This document shows, piece by piece, positions 23,020-32,963 of a stretch of DNA of 42,326 bases; position 1 is the stretch's first letter, and every line of letters begins with the position of its first letter. The stretch spans positions 1-42,326 of the forward strand of contig FLMG01000680.1 in NCBI GenBank assembly GCA_900088475.1, read 5' to 3'. The notes below the pieces were generated by a model. It was given only the letters and a program-made list of their open reading frames with translations. It did no database searches and was not told the DNA's origin. The DNA comes from Hyphochytrium catenoides. Lineage: Eukaryota; Protista; Hyphochytriomycota. Made by a program: the position numbers and the translations under genes.

Positions 23020-24309
23020 CTAGCTAGCCTGAATGTATGTACTAATATGATGCTGAAGCTGCTGCCTCATCGAGGTGATATCCATTTGGTCCGTCCACTC
23101 ATTGATTTCTTCCCTTTCTTGGCCCTGGCCGCACTTCTCCGCATAGAGAAGGCATGCAACGCCACAATCGTATGCCGTCAGCTGATGGCGCTTGGTAATG
23201 GCACTGACAGATCTACGAAGCCAACTACCATCATTCCTGGGCCAGCATATGTCTAACCACTCAATGACACACTGAGGGATGTACCTCAGTGATACATGGC
23301 CGTTCTTGCTCCGAGCTGCTGGCCGGCCCATTGGCTCAAACAATTGCAACTCTGCTTTTGGCGTTTGCTGAATGCGTATAAGGTTCCAGTGTCGATTGCC
23401 AAAGTTGACAGCAAAAACTATGGCTTTCTCGCTTGAGTAATCCAGTTGCCGTCCCAAGATATCCGTCACATAGAACTGCCGACACAACTTCATGTTTCGG
23501 CTGGCAGACGGGAGGTGTAGCGCTGTAAACTCCACGGGCAGGAATATAACTCCAGGATATTGCAGGGCGAACTTGTAGAAGACCAAATTGATCAGGGTGC
23601 CTGTCAGCCAGCTCGTCTCACTAAGTATCTCACGCTCATGGATGTAGGCCACCCTCAGGTGATCAAAATCTTGCCTTTCTTGGCAAGCCTCCGCAAACGG
23701 AGATGAACTTTCTTGCTCAGTGCTTGATAAAGGAGAGCCCATAGAGCTGCACGCTCGTTCATCATAGTCATCCAGACTACTCGTATCAGTTTGGCAGTCC
23801 CCAGCATATTGCAATGCTGAAAGAAAGTTGCATCGAGTCTCAGCATCAATTCTAAACTTTCTTCCAAAGACTGGACTTGCAGTCTTTTGTAGGTGATGAA
23901 CTGGATCTTGATGAGATTCCAAGGTTTCAAGGACACCACATTGAGGGCTGCTAGGGCTCTGGATGGAGTCGGGAGACTTCTCTAACCCCGGATCAATCTG
24001 AGGACCGTACTCTTCTGGACCTCTGTCACCATGTTTTAGCGTAACTGTGGCGACAGACCGGGGTGAACATTCATCCCGCTTCCGCTTTAAAGACTTAGGT
24101 CCCGTCCTTCGGGCTGCCAAGAGTGTGGCCGTTTCCGTCTTATCACAGGCAGTTGGACGTCTCCGCCTCGTTGAAGGTAAAGGACTACGCTCGGAATCCC
24201 CCACTGAGGGCCCTCTGCTCCTAAGCTGATAGTTCTTGAGGCCATGGGGACAGCTCACTTGTCTTCTCCCTTTCTTGGGCCCAGAGGGCTGGCTCACAAT
24301 TTCGGCCAT
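23020..24309 (-). CDS. Clan CE cysteine protease (Ulp1/SENP/C48-like SUMO or NEDD8 peptidase), intronless, 429 aa
   Basis: Disordered basic N-terminus (KRKR). Catalytic domain: WLTGTLIN, VNFGNRHWNLI (His), LFEPMG (Glu), HQLTAYDCGVACL (Gln oxyanion, Cys). Confidence 0.82.
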   Translation of the reverse strand: MAEIVSQPSGPKKGRRQVSCPHGLKNYQLRSRGPSVGDSERSPLPSTRRRRPTACDKTETATLLAARRTGPKSLKRKRDECSPRSVATVTLKHGDRGPEEYGPQIDPGLEKSPDSIQSPSSPQCGVLETLESHQDPVHHLQKTASPVFGRKFRIDAETRCNFLSALQYAGDCQTDTSSLDDYDERACSSMGSPLSSTEQESSSPFAEACQERQDFDHLRVAYIHEREILSETSWLTGTLINLVFYKFALQYPGVIFLPVEFTALHLPSASRNMKLCRQFYVTDILGRQLDYSSEKAIVFAVNFGNRHWNLIRIQQTPKAELQLFEPMGRPAARSKNGHVSLRYIPQCVIEWLDICWPRNDGSWLRRSVSAITKRHQLTAYDCGVACLLYAEKCGQGQEREEINEWTDQMDITSMRQQLQHHISTYIQAS

Positions 24310-26692
24310 AGTCTAGAGAACTTCGTGCTACTGCTATGCAGCATGGACACCTTCACAACAAGAGTCTATTTTAAGCTACCTAAGTATGCACAATGTCCTA
24401 TTCGTTCAGCCTCAAGGTTCCGCCCGCTTACCGCCTTTGGTAGAAAATGAGTGGACGGCCACAATAAAGAGCGCGCGTGCAGTTGGCTATAGGAGCTTAT
24501 AGGAGAGGAGTTTTTTTAAGATTGCAGATGTGCAGACCTTCGATGTCTCTCACTCCATCGAGCAAGTTCGGGAACAGTTCCCAATCGTCACGCTGCTGGT
24601 GGCTGCACTGTTGGTTCTCTTATTATTGAGCGTGTTGAGCTTTGCCGCTAAAGGAAAAACAGTAACTAACCACGTTATTAGTTGTCCAGGGGGATGGAGG
24701 GAACAATGGCATTTTGTAGGGCTGTACAGTAGCCAGCTCCAATGCTAAGAAATGCTGTCCGCCTCTCTTTCCCTTTGGGTCTCTCATGCCGCTCTGTCTC
24801 AAGTTAGTTATAGGTTATGGCTAGAGTTGTGAAACCTCTATTGGTTCTGGTTGCTATCACTTGTGGACCATCCTCTAGGGCGGGTGGGCGTGAACGGCTT
24901 TTTGGGGTCATGATGTATATTGGCAACCTTCGGCCCTACCCGTCCTGCTCATTTGAACTATGGGTAATAATACCGCGGAAGGTCGGCGCATAACCCCTTC
25001 ATTGTGGTGTAAGGCTGACAGTAGTAATGGGCTCTCTCACTGCCCCATTGGCCAGACAATGATTCGACTTTTTTGTTTGTTTCGGGCTCTTGAGCAGATT
25101 GTCCCTATAATAGACTGGACATCAGCGAAACGTTTCAATTAGCTTATTTACTTCATTGAAAGATACAACTTTTGTTTAGCAAGGGGTTGGGCTGGACCGC
25201 AAAGATCTTTGAGTTCAAGTACAACTACTCCGGAGTATAACAGTGGACATGGACAAACAGAAACAAGAGGAGAGAACCCAAACAGACCAACCGCACTGAC
25301 AGTGAATCGAAATGCTGGCCTTCAAGCTTTTATCGCGGTTACATGGTCGGACGCACATGTTTCTCAGAAAGTAACAGAATTGCATCCGTTTCGTCCACCC
25401 AGACATGCCGCCCACCCATCTCAACCAATAATACTTCAAGAATGAATGGAGACTTAATGGCCCCACCCACCTTAGAGTCCTGATGCCTGTCTTTGAAACG
25501 GACCTTGCTCCTAAAGGTTGTAGATGAAGATCTTCACAGCCAGGAAACTTCATGGAAAGGCTCATCATCATTTGACACCCCGGTTCGCCTATTATTATTA
25601 TAGAGATATCCTCAGAATCTATAGCGGTATCTCCTTGAGAACTATTGGTATCTATTGGGTTGTTATGGAAGTCTCTGTTTCTACCATGATGACATGAGCG
25701 TGTGCTGCCCTGTGACGCTTATTACCTTGCGGACTCTATCTACTTATCGCCGTCCAAGGACGATGATGGCAGTGCAGTCGTGATGAGCAGATATTTCCTT
25801 TAATCAAAGGGTCACAAAGCTAAGATGCACAGCGCTGGACCGACCCATCGGGAGAACGGGTGGCCGAAAGATTTGTATTAGAGAATTTGAGGGAAGGTCT
25901 CCTCCGGAAGGACGTGTCATAGCAAACGCCAAAGCTAGCCTTTGATCGCGATCGAATAGAGGCTATCTGACGGCAACCTTCTATTGCCGGAATGCTACAA
26001 TGCTGTGGCCATAGCCTTCGTGACCTGGCATGATATCATCACGTGCTGACGGAAGTACATGTCTCTTTCACTGTGGCACCCATAAGTATTGCATCAGAAA
26101 AAGGAAGAACATCGCTAACCTCTCCTGGTCGCTGACCTCTCGTGGTGGATCACCACTGTCAGTAGCTAAAGCTTACCGTCGTCCGCAATCACTTTCTCAG
26201 ACCCTAGAACCACTCCTTCTGCGATCTCTGCATTGCCCCTTTTGTGACGAAGAATGGGACAGTGAAGGGATACGGTGGCTTCATGATAAGCTCTGCCTCA
26301 TTGAGTCCCACGATTAGACCTCAAGAAGATCTTCATACACTCCAGAATCGTCTTCACGTGACTTCCACAGTTATTTTTCTGTAACACTTTAACAAATAAA
26401 GCTCGCAGATGTGGCTGATGAGGTCCTACACCTGGTCAAGAGACACAATCTGCTTCATTCATCCTGTGCTAAGAATGCTGCCACACTCTCGCCTCCTGCA
26501 TAGTCTACATGACGTTTATCAATGGTAACGTCCACGAAATGATCAGACCTAACAAATAAAGGAGATGTTCTGCAAATGGTAGCTCCAGAGACCGACTAGT
26601 TGCAGGATGCCACGTTTGTACTGGAGTAAGGACTCCATCGGAAGAGCGGATACTTAACGCGAAGTCGTTGGATTATCGGCCTTACTGCTGCT

Positions 26693-26714
26693 CTGCACGT
26701 GAGCTGCACGTGAG
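26693..26714. repeat. Tandem 11-bp duplication CTGCACGTGAG x2 containing G/E-boxes
   Basis: ctgcacgtgag ctgcacgtgag. Confidence 0.85.
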
Positions 26715-27202
26715 ACCACTTCTCGCCCCATGACTTCACTCTCGAGCGGGATGGAGAGTTAGACCTCATATGAGAGGTGAAGAATGGCAATTATTGTTTA
26801 GTGAGCCTATCGATCTGTCGTTTACTTTACATTATATAAGTTAGCGACTGTCTGTTGGCTATAAATTACAGTGAATACCATGCTTCTACGGGCTGCTCTC
26901 TGAGGTATGCCAGGGCATCTTGCCAGGGTCAAATAGACCTAGCATGGGCTGAGACTTGCCTTCCTTTCTAGATGAGCTTTGCCTCAAGTTGTAATGCATG
27001 GATGTAAGCCCACCGCTTGGCGAATCAATAGTCTGGCACTTTATGGCGGCAACTTCGATACTGCCGCTCTAGGTTGGAAGTTCACATCTCTCTTCCCGTG
27101 GGCTATGGCCAGAGCCCTAACTGCCAAAGCAGCGGGTGTCATAGGAGTCTCTCTACACACGGGCCCAGAAACTACACACACAGGGCGATAGAAGTTAGCA
27201 TG

Positions 27203-30200
27203 CTATGGTTTTTGTCGCTCTGGAGTGGCCTGGACGATCATGTCCCGTAGCTGCTGTTGAAGGTGCTGCCTTGCCCTTCTCCCCAGCTCAGGAGTACGAA
27301 CAGGCGTTGATGATGATGCCTTTCCTTTGCTCTTTTCTGGAGTTCGAAGAGGCCATGGAGCCACTGCGGTCTCCCGTCCTCGTTGTCCCTTTAGTTTTCC
27401 GCCTTCCGCGGAGCCCGGCACGAGAAGCTTAGCCGGGGGTTTTATCGGAGTGGCCGGAGAAGGGCCGGAACCGAAGGCATTCAGCAAATTCTTTGAGCTC
27501 TTCAGCACCTTATCAGAGCCTCCCTTGCCCTTTTTGTAAAGTGACCTTTCTAGGGTGCGCGACTTCAGTCTAGGACTCCGTCGGAGCTCAAGAGCTGGGC
27601 TCGATATGACTGCCAAGCTTTGCGCCCTAGCCGCTGACTGGTCGGTCTCGCTCTTTGTCTTCCGGCTATCTCCCCTTAAAGCATGACTGCTTCTGCCTTT
27701 CTGTTTCGATTCCAAGCGAGGTGACCGCCGAAGCTGCTCCAAGCTCAAGCGCACAGAGCTTTCCGATTTACGTCTACTCTTTTTATCCACTTTTCGTCCT
27801 GGAAGAAGCGATAGTTATGACTCCAAATCATTAAAGAAAAATAGAAAAGGAATGTCCCGATAAAGATAAACTTGTGGACCGTGGGATGATGAGAGTATCC
27901 AAAGATACGGAGTTAGCACTTATACCGCGAAAGGAAAAGACGCCACAATGGATTTGCATGACTGGAGGTTGCATGACAGAGCTTTGCGCGTACCACCTGA
28001 TGCCTTGGGCTTGTTCACTTTAACTTCAGTTCTAGGAAGAGCGGGGCCTAGGAACTGGTTGAATGAAGGCCGCAGCTTCTGGCCCAAGATATCCCTCGAA
28101 CTGTCATGGCGCTGCATGGGCTTTCGGCCCGACAAAAGTTGAGGCCAAGATGGAATGTTGGCCGATGAAGACAGCCCACTTCTTGCCGCTGAACTCTTCT
28201 GTTGGCTGTCAGTAGTCGTTCTTTCTTGCTTTTCTCTTTTGGCCTTCAACCTCGGGCTGGACCTCACAGCTAGGATGCCGGCCCGCTTACGCTGAATAAA
28301 ATATTGGGTTAGGGAGTCTTCAGTGAGGTCGATCGAAAAGACAAGGGGGATAACTGCAGCTGCCAACAGACAACGCCAGGCTAAATGCACACATCAAAGA
28401 TCACCCTTTAAACCAGACCAGAACAACAGTAGTAGCGCCAGAGAAAGTCAAAATGGGAACACACAGCAGCAATTACAAGCAGAATATTTATCCTGAGTGT
28501 TATGATTGTGTCTATTGATACTATGCCTACTTTCGGAGAGAGCATGGAGGACTTGTTTGGTGGCGGCGTTGGTGGCTCAGGCAACTCAGCCTCAAACTGC
28601 TCGTAAATGTGGCGGATGGTGGCGGGGTAAAGAGCATTGTATGGCTGAAAGAGACCTTCGTCTAGGAATCTGACATGACCCAATTGCAAGTTAGCCAAAA
28701 TAATAAGAGCCACTGCAACTTATTAGCGACAACATAGGGATTAACAAAGATTCGTAAAGCCAACAGGCAATCAGAGCAGACAGGAGCCAGACCCTACAGA
28801 GCAGAGAGGAGCCACATCCTTTATAGAGCTTACTTTAGAAACGGCGATCGTTCCGCGTTATCGCTTTCCCCTTGTAAGTCCATCGGAAAAGCAATCCAAC
28901 CTAAGAGTTGGTCGATAACCTTAAGGCTTTTCTTATCAAAAAGGTCCGAAGAAGCGCCATTGGCTTTTGACAACCAGAATCGGAGCAAGACCTGTGCAGA
29001 AAGTAGTCAGAGCATGCAAAGACGAGAGCGCAAGATTCTTTAGGGGCCAAGAGCAAGAGAACAGAGGAGACGTAGTGCTAGGATAAGTTAGAGAAGAGTA
29101 CGGCACTCCAGGACGATGGGGAAGAAGGGAAAAGCCGTCGAGGTTAGATTGAGTATCAGTCGCAATGACTCGGGCTGGAGGACCTGTAGTTGGTGCTCCC
29201 TTATCCTTCTAGGTAGGTTTGACTGAGCGTGGTCCTTGCCCGGGTGCAGATATTTTCCCTTCAGCGCCTTCGGAGAAAGAAGAAGCTTCTTCACCATGGC
29301 AACCACAGCGGTGGCCACATCCTCTCCCATCTTCAGCATAGTGTTGAGCCCAGTGATATACTCTGTGGGTCCTGACTTTTCATTCTTAAGAGAGAGGTCG
29401 TACAACTCCACGACTCTAGCTTCGGCTTTGTCTTTTGATAAGCTGGGATCCGGCTCCGTCCTTTCACCTAGCTCTGTCAATAAAGCGCCAGTTCCTTGGC
29501 CCTCCTGCGCCATTACCAGCCTCCGCTTCTTGCATCCCATTGGTTTTCTTCCATGTGTATGTGGGCTCGTTAAATCTCTCCTTTCCAACTCCTCCGCCTT
29601 GTTCGCGTTGAGGTTCGACCTTACAGGGTTGGAGGTCGTTGCTTGTGCCACCGACTTCTGAACCTCTTCCCAGATGGAGAGGGCGGAGAGAGTCTCCGTC
29701 TTGTTCTGGACCTGGGGTGAAGAGTCAAAAGCCGAGCACTCTAGAAGACTTGATGGCTTACTACCGGAAACAGCAGTTAATAATGGGCAGAACTGAGTGC
29801 TCATAGAGGGTTTGGAAGAAGAGGAAAGAAGTACAAAAGGAGAGTAGGTGTGGAGAGCCATACCGGTTTGTCAGACGCAAGCCGACCCGTCGTTGTTAAC
29901 GTTTGCTCATCCGTGCGCTTCAGTCTGCTCTTCAAACCATGTAGGAACGATGAGAACTTGACAATCGAAGGCACTTCCCCATCAATGCTTTGGCGTTCGT
30001 CCTCCCGCTTTACTTGGTTGCAAGGGAAATATAGCATGGCAAAACCTGGTGTTAATGCCTCGAGAAGGCCAACGGTTTGCACCTCTTGCGTTTTGTAGGA
30101 GCACTCTAGGTGCACCACTGCGAGGAGCTTGTTTCCAAGAAGAAAACTCATCCATTTGCCCCACTTATCAGTTTCCATGGAATCATGTTGGTCCTCTCCA

Positions 30201-32186
30201 GGGAGTACCAAAAACCTTTCCATCATTAGAGGAGCCTCTCCGAGGAGTGAGGGAGAGACGTAACCCTGAAGAGTAATCTGCCCCCTTTGAACAATACCCT
30301 TGAACTTTCCTGGGTCCTCTGGCAGTGCAAAGTCTAAACCCAGTAGAACTACATCGGTTGAGACAACTCCTCCGTCCTCCACCTTACCGCCACTGGCCTG
30401 AATGTCCGTTTCCCTTTTGCGCTTTTTCACAAGAGGGCGCTCAGAAGTGTTATGTCCTACGATAGTGACGTTCGACAACACGCTGCTACCTTGATTGGAG
30501 CTTGGTCGCACTAGAAGCTGAACCAGAGCGTCAGCCGATAGCAGAGCAGAAAGAGAGAGGAGACTTTGCATTGAACAGAGCGGTTCGCCTGTGACCGAGT
30601 CTTCTAACGCTTCCCTAATGACCTCGACAAGCTTATTGTCTCTACCCTCATGCATCGGGCCGCCGGGTTTCAAGTATTCAATGAAGCTGAGGGCTGCATT
30701 TCTTCCTTGTAGAAGTCTCTGAAGACTCTGCAGACCAGACTAACAAACACAAGATAACATGATAGTGAGAAGAGGGACGAGCAAACCTGAAGGAATGGCG
30801 CAGACAGAGACAGGAACGAGCAAAAAGTGCAAGAATGCATAGGGAAGCAGTCAGGTAGCGTATACATCAACAGAAGGGTTAGTGTGAGTGCATTTACGCG
30901 CCGGGGACTTCGTAGGCCACTCTATGTCCTTCAGTCAACCGTCTTATTGACAAGCGAAGGAGATGTATAGAATGCTGGACAAGCTTAGCCCCCACCAACC
31001 TTCACAACGTCCCAGGGCGGTTCCGGTCCATGCTGGGCAAAGTTCTTATCGTGGACAAACACTTGTGCATCTTCATCCGTCCTGGGTAGACTAGAGAGCA
31101 CATATATTCGGTTCCGCAGTGTATGCACTTGTAACTCCTCTGATCTCTCCATCAAGCAAGATGGCGCATCCTCTTTCGGTAGCGGTGCAATACTGTTCAA
31201 GCAAAGCGCAAGGAGTGGTTAGGCCAAGGCTAAGTTCTCTGACCATGGTCAACCAACAAGAAGCAAGAAGGGGCTCAAGGATGAGTTTGACGACAATTTG
31301 GGATAAGAGTGGCCCCAAGTAGCGTCCGGATAGCGGCCCTGAGGGTGATGGCCACTTGGACGGACGGGCGATCTCCTACATGTTGATGGCTTCCTCGATT
31401 GATCGCTGGAGGAAGGCGAATGATGAGAGGTTCGACTCATTGAACAGTGCATTAGCAGTTGCTAGAGGATCCTGGGCACGCCCTCGCTCTTGTTCGAGGA
31501 AGGCATCCCAATCAACAACCAAAGAAGAGCCGTCCGCCTAGAGTGCAAGACTGTTAGCCCATTCGAAGCTACCGGCGAGTAACAGAGAACGACAAGAGTA
31601 TCACCTTCCCGGCCAGAAGACAGTTATCAATTACTCGATCAAAGAGTGAGAAGACTTGTTCTACGGCCTGTCGATCTACCGTTGGATTGAAGTCAAGAGA
31701 AGGACCAGGGAGTACTCCAAATGTTAGGCTCTCTTTCACGCTGGACCCCTTCGAGGCTCAAAGTGGATGCCTTACCAAATGCTTGGGTTAGATTTGTGAG
31801 CTGCTGACCGAATCGGGAAACGTTACAAGCCAGATGCGCTAGTAAGTCTCTGAGGCTGTGCCCACAGCCAGCCGTGGAATTGAAGAAGTGGACTGCCCAG
31901 CTAAGGCATGGAGAGCAACCGCCTTGACTGTGGCCATCTAGCAGCTTCAAGATAAGGAGTTTTGTCTTTTGTTTGAAGTCCAGGACCTCCTTTTCTCCTG
32001 TGCTCATCGATTAATGGCAGATTAATGGCAGAGGAAAGAGACATGTTAACTATCCCCTCGGCGTGCCAATCCTCGGTCCCCCTATGATTCCGTACCTCCG
32101 CCTGTCAGCAACTTAACAAGAGGCTTCACATCCACTAAGAAGAGCACTGTGACTTCCTTTCCGTGCCTGTGGCTTTGGAAGACCAT
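27203..32186 (-). CDS. TICRR: Treslin/TICRR/Sld3 homologue (replication origin-firing factor), ~11 exons, ~1,100 aa
   Basis: Exon 1 MVFQ..VTVLFLVD; LLILKLL...WAVHFFNS; NRIYVLSSLPR (Treslin N-terminal motifs). Sld3-Treslin domain RIREHQLQ|VLLRFW...KFLDEGLFQPY...PATIRHIYEQF. Basic tail with RSSPRL and two RRSPRL, plus IVQATPER (Sld3 VQATP-type CDK site). All introns are reconcilable in frame. Confidence 0.78.
32009..32030. repeat. Tandem 11-bp duplication GATTAATGGCA x2 in Treslin intron 1
   Basis: gattaatggca gattaatggca, next to the acceptor. Confidence 0.85.
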
Positions 32187-32628
32187 TGCAGGCTTCACGT
32201 GGCGAGACTCTTGACGGTTCGAAGTTCTACGAAAGCCCTCGAGTCAAGCTCGTCTTCTTTCATGTCGCTAGCCGCCTTCCCAAACACTGGTGGGATCGCT
32301 GACCGACCAGTGCACTGTGGAATTACACTCTAGACCCTAGCGAGTAAGGACTGCCGTGGGTCAGTCTTCGTCTCCTTATGAGCGCACTGCTGTGGACGTT
32401 ACTTCTGCCGCTTCTGGTCTGTGCAGCAGTGGATCTGCTGATGGCTGGGCCGCGGCCTCCGCTCAGTTACAGAGGTTGCCCATCAGAAACAAATGGAACA
32501 ATCTCAGTTCATACTTTCTGGCATTGGGGCCCGTAATACCCTACGTTTAGAATCAGAACGAGGGTATTCTATTTCACAATGTACTACAGGCAGTACTATC
32601 AGGAACCAAACGATTCCAGGAGGAATAT

Positions 32629-32637
32629 GGCGGGAAA
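32629..32637 (-). promoter_or_regulatory. Canonical E2F site TTTCCCGCC in the Treslin / LRR-CCHCR1 divergent promoter
   Basis: GGCGGGAAA on + strand, ~440 bp upstream of the Treslin ATG. Confidence 0.4.
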
Positions 32638-32963
32638 CAAGGTCCACTCCGAGGGGAGAGCTGAAGCTTCAATCTGAAGAGGAGGAGCAATAAAAGAGAT
32701 TTTGTTGCCAATAAATATTGAGAAATGAAGCTCCAAGACAGTGACTTCCTGCGGGTATGGAGCTAGGTGTTGAGCTATCGTGCACTGGAAGAGGCAGTTC
32801 TTCACTCATTCCGATTGTCATCACTTTCTCTGTTCGGAGCTATAGACTGGGCCTGACCCAAAGCATGAGTACTAGAAGACGAGTTAGTATATAGTTGCCT
32901 TCGTAAGGGTTGGCTCCGGAGGCAGAGGCGGCCGGGTGCGTGGCCCGCGTTATGTAAGGGAAG

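Noticed and set aside
25680-25860. Two RTGATGA (box C-like) motifs suggesting C/D snoRNAs
   Set aside because: No box D CTGA or terminal stem at a suitable distance.
26177-26378. - strand exon-like segment with an in-frame TGA at 26298-26300 and a GTAAGC donor
   Set aside because: No homology or selenoprotein motif, and compatible with chance.
29780-29870. Apparent frameshift between overlapping ORFs 29801-30673 and 29088-29861
   Set aside because: Explained by an intron starting CCG|GTATGG with a pyrimidine tract and TTAAC branch, so neither a programmed frameshift nor a pseudogene.
4115-32071. Shared 13-mer CGGCGTGCCAATC in an RRM intron and Treslin intron 1 (introner-like repeat?)
   Set aside because: Tens of 13-mer matches are expected by chance in 42 kb, the flanks do not align, and I saw no family of similar introns.
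32493-32693. 66-aa + strand ORF in the Treslin/LRR intergenic region
   Set aside because: No homology or splice link to the LRR gene, and it overlaps the likely promoter.
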